Below the pieces are notes generated by a model, which made no database searches, was not told the origin of the DNA, and worked only from the letters and a program-made list of their open reading frames with translations. Position numbers and translations under genes: made by a program. This document shows positions 26,601 through 40,200 of a stretch of DNA of 64,000 nt, one piece after another. How positions within the stretch are numbered: the first letter of the stretch is position 1; every line of letters starts with the position of its first letter. The DNA is from Rhizodiscina lignyota (lineage: Eukaryota): positions 744,001 through 808,000 of the forward strand of contig ML978121.1 of assembly GCA_010015805.1 (NCBI GenBank). The letters are read 5' to 3'.

Positions 26601-27289
26601 GTCTAAAACTTCTGCCGCTCGGGAAGGCCACCCCAGACGTACACTATTGAATCGCGTGCCCTCTCGCCGAGCGCATGCTTTGGCGCACAGTAAGGTACAT
26701 GCAGCAAAGTACCATGCGTCTTGGCACATCTCGCGATAGACCACCACATGCAGGCTGCTTCTTCTCCAGCTTTTCCACGGAGTGTTTCCTACCCGCATGT
26801 GCGTCACAAGGGCCTTTCGCCTCGATTTGTACAGAGTATCAGCACGTCGCTCACGTTGCCGGATTCTGTTGCACATGATGTGAGTGGCGGACAAGTCTGG
26901 GGAAGTTTTTGGAATACTGTGCTGAGCTCCGAAAAGCGAGAGATGCGGTAACAATTACTGGGGAAGCGGCGGAGACTTGACGAGTGACATTCCAGATCAA
27001 CACTTAATTGAACAACGCATCCGATCTTGATCAGCAGCTTGTGTGAGAAGACGCGTAAGAAGCAAATATAAGATGAAATTCAAAGATTTCTATTCTCGGC
27101 GTCTGTCACAACACCCCAGGGCCCCCCAGCATCAATTGCATTGTGCTCCGCACCCTGAAGAAGCTTCGGTACAGCGCGCCAGTCCTATCCGAGACAAAGT
27201 GGACAGTGATTCGCTTTCAATCACCTTCATGCAACATAGCAAGCGTAACCTGATCAGATAACAAAAAGGAAATACCACCGATGAAATCA

Positions 27290-30200
27290 TTAGTCACCAA
27301 GCACGCTCTCCGCCTCATCCTGGGCGCCAGCGCCAGCGGCATCAACGTCCACGCCGTCCTCGTCTTCTGCTGCAGCTTCGTCTTCCTCCAATAGCGCTCT
27401 TTCCCTTTGCGCGTCCTCGTCCTCTCCGTCGCCCATCTCTTCATCCTCATCGTCCTCCACGTCGATAATCCCCTTACTTTTCGCCGCAAGGGTCCGCTTC
27501 GCTTGCTCCGCATTCCCCTTTGCCTTTGACTTTGCCGCTTTCGCGGCCCGCAGCGCCTTAGCATTCTGCTTCTTCTCCTCATTCAGAAACTCGGCCACTT
27601 GCTTGAAGTTCGGGCCAAGCCGTGCCTTATTTCTCTCGAGGCGCTTGCGCATCGGCCCCGCCGCGTCGTCGTCTTCGTGAGGTAAGCGCGGTACTTGGCT
27701 GCCGTCCACCACTCCAGCAATGATGCCCATTACTATCTTGCTCGCGAGTTCGCAGAGACGCTGCTCTGCAATCAACACGCCTTGCATCTTCTCTTCCTTC
27801 CGCGCCTCGTCTTCCTCGTCTTCCTCCTCCTCATCGCTCTGGGGATCTTCATCCTCAGTGAGAGGCTCGTCCTCTGCCTCCACACCGTCCTCAAGCTTCT
27901 TGCTACTCTTCTTTGCGTAAATGCGTTCTGCCGCGCCTAGCAACTCGCGCAAGGTGACTTGCGTGTCCACGTGCACTTCCATGACCAGCGCAGCCCAGTC
28001 GTCTCCTGTTTGTGTCGCCTGATTCCTGTCCCGTCTCGCCTGTCGGAGCGTCGCGAAAGCGCAGTGCAAGTCAAGCAGTGACCCAGCTGCTGCCAACCGA
28101 ATCTCATCAGCACCTTTCCTCTTCTTCAATATCTGTGTGAGTCTTGTCATGAAGTTGTCTTCACGCGCAGCGAGCGATTCGACGTCTTCGAATGGAACAG
28201 TCGTGTTGGATGAGATGAGGCCTTGCCACGCTTTGATCTTCCACAGAAAATAGAACAGCACTGCCTTGATGGCATTTGTTACCAGTGCGTCCTCGAGAAC
28301 ATCGGTTTCGGGAGTAGAGTCTGCAGTCGGGATGCCACGGTTTAGAATGTCGATCAAGACATCGACCGCTGGAGGTTCAGGCTCATCTGTTGCCCTCTGT
28401 GATCTGGCCTTTTTCGATCGGCCAGCTGATCTTGGTGTTGGCACGGCCTCGTATGCTTCGATGCAGTCTGAAATGCTGGCGAGTTTCGAGATACGCAAAA
28501 CCGTATTCGATAAGCCGGTGAGCACATTGCGATTGAGGCTACCACGCTGCGCAACATCCTTGTTTCGAATCAAAGAGTGTAGAGCATTAGTCGTGTCCTG
28601 CCACAAAGCTTGAACTTTGCCTTCCGTGACTTCGCCCAGTTCATCGAAACGCCTAGCATGAAGCAGAGCGGCACTGGCCTCGGCTAGGACGCTCTCGCTA
28701 CCATGAGTAAGGAACTGCTTGTTGATGTCGTCAAGCAATGCTGCATAGGTTGTGGAGTCCTGCCGAAGCTCTTGGAAGATCTCCAAATTGAGCACATGCT
28801 CGAGACGAAGGACCGCGGAAGCTGCTTCCGGCTGGGCTCCAAATTTCTTTAGCAATCGAGGTATTAGGCTTGCGAGATGAAGGGCTGCCGTCTCCTGCAG
28901 TTGAACCGCCTGTTCTCGCTCCTTCTTCGTCTTCTTTGTTTTCTTGTCTGCAGTCGCCTCCATCGTTTGTGTAAGACCTAGCTTGACAGCTGCATTAAGG
29001 ACCTCGAGTAGTAACACTTCTTCTTTCTCGTCAAGTTGGCAGCTGCTCTTGATAAGTGTCTCAGCATCCCCTGAGGCGGCGCCATTCTGAGTCGGCTGGG
29101 AGTGATCGTAGAGCAGATACCCTGCTAATACTTCCCATTTCTGGATCTCAGGCATTTGGCTATACAATGCTTGGGCTGCGACAGAGGGCCTTGATTCAAT
29201 GCCAGACGCAATGAGCGAATATCCAGATCCACCAGGCCAGCGTTCGACTTGACTGGGCAACGGTTCCTCTTCTGCGTCATAGGATTGCAGCATCTCCACG
29301 AGACACTTTAGCTTTATCCACTCCAACCGAGGGCGGTCGAAGTCATCGTCATCCTCTCCCGAAGCGTCTTCGAGAGCTTCCTCCCCCCCAAGCTCTTCCA
29401 CCTTCTCGTTATACATATCATTGATGTTTTCGACAAAAAATGGAACGACAGCTTTCCTGACGCGCAGTTCTGAATCAAAGATGAGTCGGCCTACAGAATC
29501 AATGTCGTCGGGTTCCAAGAGGCCAGCATCGCGGAGAGTATCCAGAAGCTCTACTGCTGAAGAACGAACATTCGGCTCAGCATCTCTAGTTGCCATCTCG
29601 ACAATTCTTGCTCTGAAGCGTTCTGTGAATGTCTTCAAACGGCCGACATTATCCTTGTCTTTGAACATCTTCTGGACCTGCTTGACCACTTCTAAGCGAG
29701 TAGGAGCATTCGTGTCAGACAACACCCAACCCAGATATCTGAGGTAAGTGCTATCGGAAAACAGCTCGGGGTATGTCAAGATCCATCCGCTCAGTGCCTG
29801 GACGCAGTCAACGCGGATTCGAGGATCTACGTCGCGATATCGATGCACAAAGACCGCCTCAAACCAGCTCTGGATGTTCTGGTCGATTGTTTCTCGCTTC
29901 TTTTCGGATTCCTTCACGTTGCCGTCCAGCTCCTTGACTCTGCCCTTGTTGATGCGCGATTTCTTCTTTTCGCTCTCACCCAACCGACGCGTCTTTGCTC
30001 CTGTATCCACAATGTCTTTTCCCAACTGGCACAACGCAGATACAATAGCTAGGGCTGCTGCAGTCGCAGTATGCCTGAAAGGTCGGTTACCAGCCGATGA
30101 CATTGTGCTAACCCATGACTCAATGTTTTCCATGATTTCAGGTTGGTCGTAGAGTAAGGATGATGTCGCGAGTGCTTGAACGAGACAATGGAAAAATCCC

Positions 30201-30994
30201 TCCATGGTGTTTCTGAAGGTTGTCGAAGCTTTCCCTCGCGCAATAATCGGGTAATCTGTGACATTTTGCTGCAATAGAAGTGAGTTAAAAACTAAGCCAA
30301 ACATTAAGTCGACTCACAGCTTGATACTCTTCTTGTATATCACGCAACTTGTCCGTGAAATGATCTGGATCCGCTGCATCATGCTGGTCGACTTTAATGT
30401 CGCAGCCCGCGCATTTGAGTACGAAATTGAAGATCTCTGAGATGGCCATCGACTCGTGCTCTTTGAACCTGCCAATCCACTCCGCAGACGCGTTATCAAG
30501 TGTTTCGTCTCGCGCAAACACATCAGCTGTGTGTGATCGTCAGTTCAGCGCTCATCCCAATTTGTCAAGGGTGCAATACCATATATTCCACCAGCCTCCT
30601 CGGCCGTCGCATCCTGCTGAGCTCGCTTCTTCCCCGTCTTCCTCTTCTGGCCCACCGCAGGCCTTATCGCCAGATCCATTGTCTCGCCATTCGTACTCGG
30701 CTTTGCCTTCTTCGCGCGCGGCTGCTTGGCCGAGGCGGTGGTCTTCTTCCTCGTCGCCCTGCGCTTCTTTTCTCTCAGCTCCTCCTCATCCGGTTCTCCC
30801 TCGCTTTCGTCATCTTCCTCTTCAGACTCATCGTCCATGTCTACATCCTCAGCATTGTCTTCGTCGTCGCGCTTGCGCTTCGTACTGCTTGCGGGACTTG
30901 AGGTCGCAAACGCGCTGGGCTTCTTAGCGACGCGTCCGGAGCGACGACGAGGGCCGGCGTCGCGGGACTCAGACTCGACTTCTGAATTGTCCAT
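27290..30994 (-). CDS. SCC3: Cohesin subunit Scc3/Psc3 (STAG domain)
   Basis: RPFRHTAT, VFVHRYRDVDPRIR.DC..ALS.WI and YLRYLGW.LSD, with acidic N- and C-termini. Introns 30527-30579 and 30269-30317 join three ORFs. Confidence 0.95.
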
Positions 30995-31408
30995 ACTGTA
31001 GAGGCGTGTGGAAGTACAGTTTTCCGCGTTGCGGTGGTGAAGTCGCGTTGAAAGTGGAGTGGTGCAAAGTGTTGATGATAGACGCGTTTTGGGAAAATGC
31101 GTGCCAAGAAATGTTACTGGGTGTTTATGCAGTGAGAATCAATTGCAGCAAGCCCGGGATTAGACCGCTCAGTGTCGCGCGCGCAAAATGACGCGACGAA
31201 AGAAAGCTTTGGAGATGGGAAGTGATGAATTTGTGTATCCAGTCGCGCGACTGGGCTGTTTGGACAAGGACCTGAGCCCAGTGTGGCGCTGACTGCCCCA
31301 CCAAGCCTTAAGCTCATTTGCACGCTTGGAAGCTTTTTGTGAATGCTCGCCCTGCACGCCTATGTGCTCTAATAAATATGAGCTAGCAAATTGTCTCCAT
31401 GGCGCACC

Positions 31409-32434
31409 ATGACCTCGCCCTTCGCACCTTCGACCTCCTTACCTGGCCACGGTACAATTGACCTTGCCGTCCTCCCACCGTGCACTCCAGTCCTTCACAC
31501 TCTATCCTACCAGTATCCGCTCAAACTCATTGCACCCTCGCCGATAACTCTCGCTCAATCCTCCTCCGGCAATGAAGAGATATCAGACGGCCAACGCACA
31601 ATCTATACCGTCTTCCTCCTCTCGTACGGTGGCGGTCTGGTTGCCGGCGACTCCATCAACCTCTCAGTCACACTCGCGCCCTCGACGCGCTTAATACTTC
31701 TCACGCAGGGCAGTACCAAGGTCTTCAAGACACCGTCGCCCCATGTTGTGACCAGGCAGCGCATGGTTGTTGATGTCCATGGGAACGCGGGCTTGGTATA
31801 TCTTCCAGATCCGGTGCAGCCGTTCGAAAAAAGCGCGTTCGAACAGAGCCAGATCTACAATTTGTATGGGAAGAGTGCAAGTCTATGCGTGTGTGACTGG
31901 GTGAGTCAGGGTAGAACGGCGCGAGGAGAGCGGTGGGGATTTTGGAAATACGGGTCAAGAAATGAAGTCTGGGGCGTTAGAGACCGTGGTGAGGACAATA
32001 AGAAATTGCTCCTGAGGGATAATGTCATTCTGGACGCCGAAGCCAATGGAGAAGAATTGGGGCCGGATTATGTTACGAGGATGGATGGGCTCGGCGTCTT
32101 TGGTACGCTGATACTATGCGGGCCGTTGTTTGAAGCACTGGGAAAGTTCTTCTTAGAGGAGTTTCGAGCATTGCCGAGAATTGGAGCGAGACAATGGGAC
32201 GCTAATGAGGATGAGGGCCAGGAAGAAGAGAAAGAGATGAGGCGAACACACAGACAAAAGCAGGAGAAAGAGGGCGGTGTACTATGGACTGCGTCATCTG
32301 TCCGCGGTTTTGTACTCGTGAAGTTTGGAGCTAGAGAAGTCGAGGGTATTAAGAAGTGGCTGAGTGCTATGTTGAAAGAGGAGGGTAGCCTGCCCAATCG
32401 TTTTGGCGAGAGAGCATTATTATGCTTGAGATAG
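31409..32434 (+). CDS. ureD: Urease accessory protein UreD
   Basis: YQYPLKLI, LSYGGGLVAGD, TQGSTKVFK, LPDPVQPF, DWVSQGR.ARGERW and LLLRD. Confidence 0.93.
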   Translation: MTSPFAPSTSLPGHGTIDLAVLPPCTPVLHTLSYQYPLKLIAPSPITLAQSSSGNEEISDGQRTIYTVFLLSYGGGLVAGDSINLSVTLAPSTRLILLTQGSTKVFKTPSPHVVTRQRMVVDVHGNAGLVYLPDPVQPFEKSAFEQSQIYNLYGKSASLCVCDWVSQGRTARGERWGFWKYGSRNEVWGVRDRGEDNKKLLLRDNVILDAEANGEELGPDYVTRMDGLGVFGTLILCGPLFEALGKFFLEEFRALPRIGARQWDANEDEGQEEEKEMRRTHRQKQEKEGGVLWTASSVRGFVLVKFGAREVEGIKKWLSAMLKEEGSLPNRFGERALLCLR

Positions 32435-32501
32435 ACTTTGGAAAGTGCATAGCGATGGCGTAAATGGGGGTACATTCAATAGTCCTGGGTATCTGAGTAG
32501 T

Positions 32502-33443
32502 CTATGAGTTCGCCCTCTTGCCGTCCATAATTCGACGGTAGCTCTCGATAATGGTCTTTCTTGTCTCTCCAAGTTCTTCTCGACGCCTCAGACTACCAGC
32601 TGCGTTTGGTATATCGGCAACATTCGCCTTCGCGCCGTTGCGAATCTTGAATTTCTCCTTTGGGACGCGACTAAACTGAGGTGGCGCTTGGGCAACATCG
32701 TGAAGACCTTTAGGTTGTTCCCGATTTCGCTTGAGCACTTCCCAGGGATCGTCGTCTGCATCAGGCTTGCGCCTACTCTTCTTTCCGCCCACCTGTAAAT
32801 CAACCGTCTTGTTTCCGAACAATGCATCACGTTCATCCTCTTCCTCTTCCGCCAGCTCTCTTGCTTCAGCCTCTTTCTCCCTTATCCGTGCTTCCTCCTC
32901 TCGCCATGCAGTTTGCATCTTGCGTAGTCGTCGGTTATGCTTTGTCTCGCGCTCCTTGATGCCCTCGACATGCTTGCCTTTGTGCCCCAGCCCAGCAAAT
33001 GGTAGAGCTTGGTCGACACGGGCAGCAAAGTCGCCTAGGCGCTCCCCAGGAAGAATCTTGGGTACGTTTGCAGGGAGACTTTCATGTATCCGTTCTGCAT
33101 TTGAGTCCTCACCGCGTTTGCGCTTTCGACCTCGAGGCGCATCGCCATTGTCGAGCCCACTGACGGCTTTGCCCCTTTTTTGGAATTGCATCAACCGAGT
33201 AAAGGCTTTCGGTGTGTCATCGTTGCGCCACTCGGTTTGGCGAGGCTTTCGTTTCGCTTTTGATATTTCGAGCTTGCCTACAGGCAATGGCCGCGCTATG
33301 ACCGACGGAGGTAAGTCAAAACTACAAGCCAAAACGTGGCAGATGATCAGCATGCTAATATTGAAAGCTAGACGGCATGACAAGAGATCGACTCACTCGT
33401 CGCCGTTATTAACTTCTCTGGCTCTCTTGTGCTTGTGTCCCAT
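32502..33443 (-). CDS. Conserved basic coiled-coil protein, CCDC137-like
   Basis: ATG 33443 and intron 33322-33396 (gtgagt..ttgtag). Motifs FDLPP, DDTPKAFTRLM, ILPGERLGDFAARVDQALP, DVAQAPP and R..II.SYR. Convergent with ureD. Confidence 0.7.
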
Positions 33444-33529
33444 TTTGTTTTTCTGGAATGAGGCTCGACTGTGGTGGATGAAGAATGAAGGCCGCAAGTA
33501 GAAAAGCCTCGGTACTTTGTTAATCCGCT

Positions 33530-34320
33530 AGCCTAATGTAGCATCCATTGCAACCTTCCCATCCCCATGAATCTCTAATTTTCGTTTAATCCGTCTTAAC
33601 TTGCAAATCCCTTTTCGTAACCTTACCTTCTCTGTAGGCAGGCAAATAAGTATACACCTGGAACAGTACCTCGCATTATATGCAAACAGCCCCGAATAGC
33701 AGCTAGCGAGCAAGTAGCGAGTGGAGGGCCAACAAGCACCGAGCACAAGCAAGGCACCAGCAAAAGCACATTACGTAGCATACGACATAAGACTTGTAGC
33801 CTAGCAGATGGGCATTACGACTAAACTGTTATAAAATTAGTACGCCATTGTCATATGATAGATGTAACAGCTGCATTATCGATACTATTATGCTCGTCGA
33901 TTACTATTTAAATTGCTTATCTAGAGACCTCAAGTCGACGTTGTTATGACAGTATATCGAATAGCCGTAATAGCAGTAGCGGAGAACGTTGCGTTCTTCT
34001 CTTTACCTCTCCAATTTCTTCGTAATGTCTTCTGAGGATAGATAAATGACTATTGCAAAATCTTAGTTCCGATTTATGTTCGCCTATAGCTTCTGCTGTG
34101 TTGGTCGACTGTAACGCCTTGCGGCTTCTGCTCCTCCTTCGCGGTATGATTGCGCAAGGTAGATAGACTGAAAGAAGGGAGGTGAGCATGGATTGAGAGT
34201 AATGACGAAGGTAGTATAAATAGCAAAGCGACACGAAATGGTTCTAAAAGAGATAGATAGGCTTCTAAGGGAGACAGATAGGCTTTTGTGGGAGGAACTC
34301 GTCATCGCGGCCATTAAAAC
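33530..34320. other. TpA-rich segment, possible RIP-degraded repeat or gene relic
   Basis: By eye it is AT-richer and TpA-richer than the flanks (taaactgttataaaattagta, gatactattatg, ttactatttaaattg). Only broken ORFs are present and no family was recognised. Confidence 0.35.
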
Positions 34321-35379
34321 GTTCTCGCATCCTAATCAAATTGTGGCACTGACAGTGAGACAAACATAGACGTTCTATAATAAGCAAAGACGGAGTTACA
34401 ACAGCAGGCAGTCATTATTGAAGCGAGTTCCAGTCCACTAAGGTGGTGGCGCTGAATAAGTGAGTCTGGGAATATTCAGATGGTCATTGAGCCGGCAGCA
34501 ACTGATTCTCTTTAGCAGTGTGGTCTCCTCGGGAGAGCCTGAAGCGCATTTCTATCCACCGCTCGATTCGGGAGCTCTGAAGTGGTACGGAGAACGCTCA
34601 AGCCACCTGTTGCAGGCAGGTGGAAGTTCACAACCCTGGAAACTCATGGCTTCTTGAAGCTCGAGCGGCTGTCTCGTGAATCCCTACCAACGGTGAAGAC
34701 CCCGGGGAAAGGCGGCGAACACGGCACGTTTCAACGTGGCTGGGTACGGGTGCGCGAGTCGGAAGGCGCAGAAGCAGATCGCATCCACACAGCCAATCCT
34801 CGCACAAAGAACCGGTGCGTGCCAAAGGCAGCCCTCATCGCAACTTCACCATATTCAGTGTGACACTTGGAGGCTGGGCGATGCTGAGGGCACAGCAGGC
34901 TTTGCAGCATTTATTTATTACTTGATTACCTCCACTGCCCTTTTCTCTATTCGAATCCTCCTCCTTCCACATAGAGATTTGCATTCGGCTCGTTGACCTG
35001 CATCAGAGAGAATTAGCCGAGAGAGATCCAAGGTCTAGATCCAAAGTCACACCCGTCCAGTGGCCTGTCTGCACCGCCATGGCCAGCCTTTAGCCATTCT
35101 TGTTGTAACACCGCGGCGCGAAGGACCAGTCAGCACTCCGCTCATAACGTCAAAGATTTGCGCAAACGCGCATCCAGTTTCTATTTTCTCACGGCACGGT
35201 ACCCCGACAGGCAGACCTCCGTAGGCTGCACAATTCTTCAATTCGTGGGGTCCTAGATTGCATTCCTTAAGACGGTGGACGTCGTCCCAAAGTTCACTCC
35301 CTCAGCTGCTTGGAGTGGAGCAATTGCCGCTTTGAAACTCGCATATCGTCCCCATTGGTCACTTCCAGCTTGTTGCGTT

Positions 35380-36852
35380 ATGGCCCGATTCGGCCGCGAA
35401 AGTGCAACGGAAAGCTCTCGATTTCTGGATCTAGAAGGGGCATCACTCTTGAATCTATCGACCGAGCACGTTGACGAGGAAAACCTTATCAACAAGAACA
35501 ATAGCCCAATTGTACGTGTCTCTTCGCGAGACTCTGGCGATGTATCGGATCTTTCAGAGTTCGCGGAGCATTCAAGGCCAAGAAGACGGAGATCGTGGTG
35601 GACGAGGGTACTCATGAGCGTCCGACCACGAAGAAGACCTCGGCTGTCTGAGGAGCGAAGTACATTAAGACTATCGAAGCCATCTAGAAAGAGACATGTA
35701 TCGGTACGTGCTGGAGGAATATGTCTGGGACTCACTGTCATTGTACTTGCTATATTGTGAGTTGCCTTAACCTTCCTTTCACTACATGTTCTGACTTACT
35801 ATGGTAGTGGCATCATTCATATCTGGAACTTCATCATTGGGATGTCTCCGGCATTTTGGGACGATGGTTTGGATTACTGGTTGCCGAACTGGGGGAAGCC
35901 AGGCCAACCTGGTGAAGGCCTTACCCATTACCCAAGTGATTTCACTCGGGACGTCATCCCAATCCCATGCCATTCTCACAACGACTATTGGCGGCGCATA
36001 CCGTTGTACGAAGCGCTCCACTACGGATGCACTGGCGTGGAAGCTGATGTCTGGCTGTTCGATGAGGAGCTATATGTTGGCCATGATACCGCATCATTGA
36101 CTCGCAATCGTACCTTCCGCGGCCTCTACGTCGACCCATTGGTATCCATCTTGAACAAGCAAAACCCTCAGACCGAGTTCAACAATTCTACTCGCAATGG
36201 CGTATTTGATGAAGATGCTGAGCAGACTCTTGTCTTGCTTGTCGATTTCAAGACCAATGGTCGTGACATCTGGCCGTATGTAGAAGAACAGTTGTCAGCA
36301 CTTCGAGAAAAGAACTATCTCACATATTTCGACGGCGAAAAAATTATTCCTGGCCCCATTACAGTTGTCGGCACTGGTAATACCCCCTTCGACATGGTTA
36401 TCGCTAACCCTACTTACCGCGATATCTTCTTCGATGCTCCGTTGTCACGCATGTGGCAACAACCAGATAATTCGCCGCCCACGGAAAGCTTGTCCGAAGT
36501 GGCCACATCCATCTTGACCGGCCAAGGCCTCGTGGGTGTATCGTCCTCCACAGAGTTCGACTCTACAAACTCTTACTATGCCTCGGTCAACTTTCGCGCT
36601 ACTGTGGGCATCCTCTGGCGTGGCAGGCTCTCCGATCGCCAGATCCAGCGCATCAGGGGCCAGATCCAAGGAGCTCACGAACGAGGCTTGAAAGTAAGGT
36701 ATTGGAATACGCCAAACTGGCCGATTGGCATGAGAAATCACATCTGGCACGTTCTCGTCAAGGAAGGAGCGGATATGCTGAACGTAGATGACCTGAGGAG
36801 CGCGGCGAGGCGTGATTGGAGAAGGAGGGATGAGAGAATGAACGATTTATGA
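35380..36852 (+). CDS. AIM6: Aim6-like PLC-like phosphodiesterase with N-terminal TM
   Basis: PIPCHSHNDYWR..PL..AL..GC.GVEADVW, LYVGHD, LVLLVDFKT and GLKVRYW. Intron 35757-35807 joins the upstream TM exon in frame. Confidence 0.88.
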
Positions 36853-37276
36853 TCTTGGAGAGTGCCATATGATGATGACTAGAGATATGTGAGAAGCATG
36901 ACTAATGGCGTTTGGATAATGAACGCTTGTTGGTGGTGGGATTTTGCTGTCGAGCGACGATTCTTAGAGCGTACTGTGTTAGCACATAGATATCCCCAGT
37001 GTTTAGAGTTAATGTTAGCATTGAATTCAATTGCAACTCACGCCATCAATTTATTGATAGATTTGGATTTCCAACCCTCCTGCTGTGGGCGACGCACGTG
37101 ACCCATTGGCTGGGAATCGGGATTAACATTTGCCGTGCCGTGCCGTAATTTTCCTCCAACGGGACGGGACTCCCTTGCCTTCATCACAAGGACCTCAAGT
37201 TCGACTCTGGCCACGACTACCGTTTCATGACTTGATTGAGATTTCTCCTATATTTTGGTGGCAGGTGCGAGTGGAG

Positions 37277-40200
37277 ATGGCGCGAGGTTTCGACGAGTTA
37301 ATTGAATTTCTTTTGACGGAGATTGGGCTGTGCGGCCAGAATGGTGAGTCTAACTCTTTGACTACAACTCCGTTTTTCAACACTATCGACTATATATCAT
37401 TTTCCATTTCAGAAATGTGACGAATGAGAGAAACGAGTTGGGTTTCACACACTCTCCGAATTGTGGCACATTTTCTACTTTGAAATACAGTCGAAATAAC
37501 TCTCCATCACAACATTTGGACATTCTGTGGCATTACCCACTAATTAGTCATTACAGGTGCGAGCTTGGATGAATTCAAGTCTTTCGTTTCCAAATTCAAT
37601 GCAAAAATTCATCCAGAGGATGATGATTCCTTGGTGGAGGAGCAAGACAAGTTTGGTCAACGAAAATTGCTCGAGAGGGTCTGGCAGTGGCTTTCATCGC
37701 ACCCAGATATCTGGGTTGGCAAAAATCGTGAAGGCAATTCACTCTCACTCGCGGAAGCTGAAGCTTTTGTTTTGGTATCTGAGGACCTTGCCGACAATAG
37801 AAGCCAACCATCGAAGAACCAGAACCAATCTCAATCTCAACCCCAGGTTACGCAAACCAGGAAAGATGATCCAGCATTTGACGACACTCGTACGGAGGCA
37901 TTCGGCCCTGCTGAAAATGTCGCAGCCGCTGAGAATTTACCTCAGCCACAGGCTCGACTTACACCAATTACGACCGATTCGATAGCGGAAGACTCTCGTG
38001 TGGAGGCGGCCAGTCCTGCTCAAAATGATGCATCCAACGCGGTACCAGATCCTGATCACCGGAGCACAGAGCACAGATCTCAAACTTTTGAGGATGTATT
38101 GCAGCCCCGACCTCATCGGGACAAAGATGCAGAGGTAGAAGCAAACGTTGAAACGGCGGCGACCTGTTGCGGCCTTCGCATTTACACAACCCAGGATCGC
38201 GTCTGGAAGTCAATCGCAGGTCATGGAGTGGACTGGAAGAGACTTGCATTTTTGGAATTTGAGCTATTGAGGATCATTGCAAAACGTGGCACAGCAGGCA
38301 TTGACCAGCCCGATCTCGTTCGCGAGAGCAGGCAAGACAAGAGATCTGTCCCAAAGCGGACAGATGTGCTCCGTGAGAAGGGCTATATTGCAAAATATAG
38401 GGTTATTTTCTCGGGATCCTGGACCAGCCACCTTGTCCTCAACCGCTTTGACACACGCGACGGCAACTCCAACCCAGCAGCCGTGTTCTCCAACCAACGC
38501 ATCAACCTGAACAAATACTTCGATTATATTATAAAGATTTTGAAAGAGCGCCCGGTCATAGCCCTCAAGGACCTTCGAAGGGAACTAGGCATTGAAGGAA
38601 ACAGGCAGCAAAAGAAAGTCCATTGGAGATATCTGAGAAAGTTACGGACCCTGGGCTGCATCAGGTTCTTCAAGGCAAACTCTACCGATAAGGGAATGAC
38701 CATCACACACGTCCCCATAAACTGCGTGGGGTTGCAGCGAGAAGTGACCGAAATGGATCGCAACGATTTCATTGGGTGGCGCACAGAGCTGCCGACGGTT
38801 CTTGATGACTCCAGAAAGGATAATTCGCTCGAGGCAGAAGAGATCGATGAGTTCAAGGATGCTCCCGTCGTTGGGACATATTATCCTTCAAAGGCCGCAG
38901 AAACCGGAGCTTTGGGGGTTGATGCTTCTGTCTCATCGCAAGTTATCCTCGCGGATGCAGTAGAAGAAGTCGTACAGATGCCGCCGCAATGGCTTCCAAT
39001 TGTGCCTCTCTCGAATTTCATATTCAACCTTGTCGACTCGCACGGGAAGGACGGCATCTCTACAATGAAATTAAATCAACTTACGGGCGGACACGCATAT
39101 TTCCGGAGCATAGAAGGGGTTCTTGGGCGTCTCACCGACAGGTGGGAGGAGAGCCAACCTGTGTTCCTTCAACACTTGGCCCTGCTTCGCGACACTGCCG
39201 CGAACGGTTCCTCTCCTCACTTCGTCTTTCGGACCTACCCTCATCATCAAGAGGCCGTGAACGCTGGCATTACAACGTGGCAAAATGTTCCCACAAAGTC
39301 AAACCCCACAAAGACGGTGGCGCCGATCAAGCGATACAAACCAGCGTATGGAGCTGGCGAGAAGACAGTCGATATCGATAGATGGGGCTTTCCAAAGCCA
39401 CGTACGAGCAATTTCGTCGGACAGGACCACACAGCAACATTGAAGGACTGCATCTGGGCTGCCAAGCCTGCAGCAAAGGCGCAGACCTCGAGTGAGCCAG
39501 TGGTTGTAACACACGACGACGGGTCGGAAAGGGTGCTCTGGCTGAGAAAGGGCCGGTCTGAAGAGGCCACCACATATCTTGATCCACAGGATCAACCAAG
39601 AAAGCCGCTTCGGAACATGTTCCAGACTGCGGATCCTTCCGAGTATGGGAGGTTGTACAGAGCAGCTCAGAGGAAGGCTGAGCTGGATGCGGCCTGGGAC
39701 GCCAGAGTTCGTCGATTGGCGGAATGGAAGGCAATGCAGGAGGGATATCAAGATCCACTGACTTCTACAACCATACCATCGAATGCTGCTGCAAAGCGAA
39801 CTGCAGAGATGGCACAGCTAGACTCCCCGCCACTGGTTGCTGTCCCAGTGCAACAAGTGGCCACGCCCAAGAAACGAGGACGGCCGCCCAAAAAACCAAA
39901 GATAAACCAAAGCACAGAGGCACCTCCAACCGCAAGTAGCAATCTGCAGACCCAACCAGAGAGCGGAGAATCCTCATCAGCTACGGCATTACCAGTACAG
40001 AGTCCTTCTACAGTGCAGTGCCCGCCGGCCGCTCTTCCCCTTCCTGTTAATGAGTCCCTGACCGTTGGAGGCACGAATGGGGAGGCCAGAACATCCGCAG
40101 GCAGAGCCTTTGAGCATCGTGTTGACGAATTGGTCAAAGAGATACAGGCGTGTGACAAACCTGGCGCGTACTATGACGCCCCGAAGCACAGACGAATTTT

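Noticed and set aside
24042..27260. ORFs such as 24468-25055, 25271-25690 and 26520-26954
   Set aside because: No recognisable motifs or consistent splice model. Treated as intergenic, though a degraded gene cannot be excluded.
32731..33501. Long antisense ORFs (this one, 4133-4939, 42320-42982, 44602-45189, 50540-51205)
   Set aside because: They are shadows of well-supported genes on the opposite strand.
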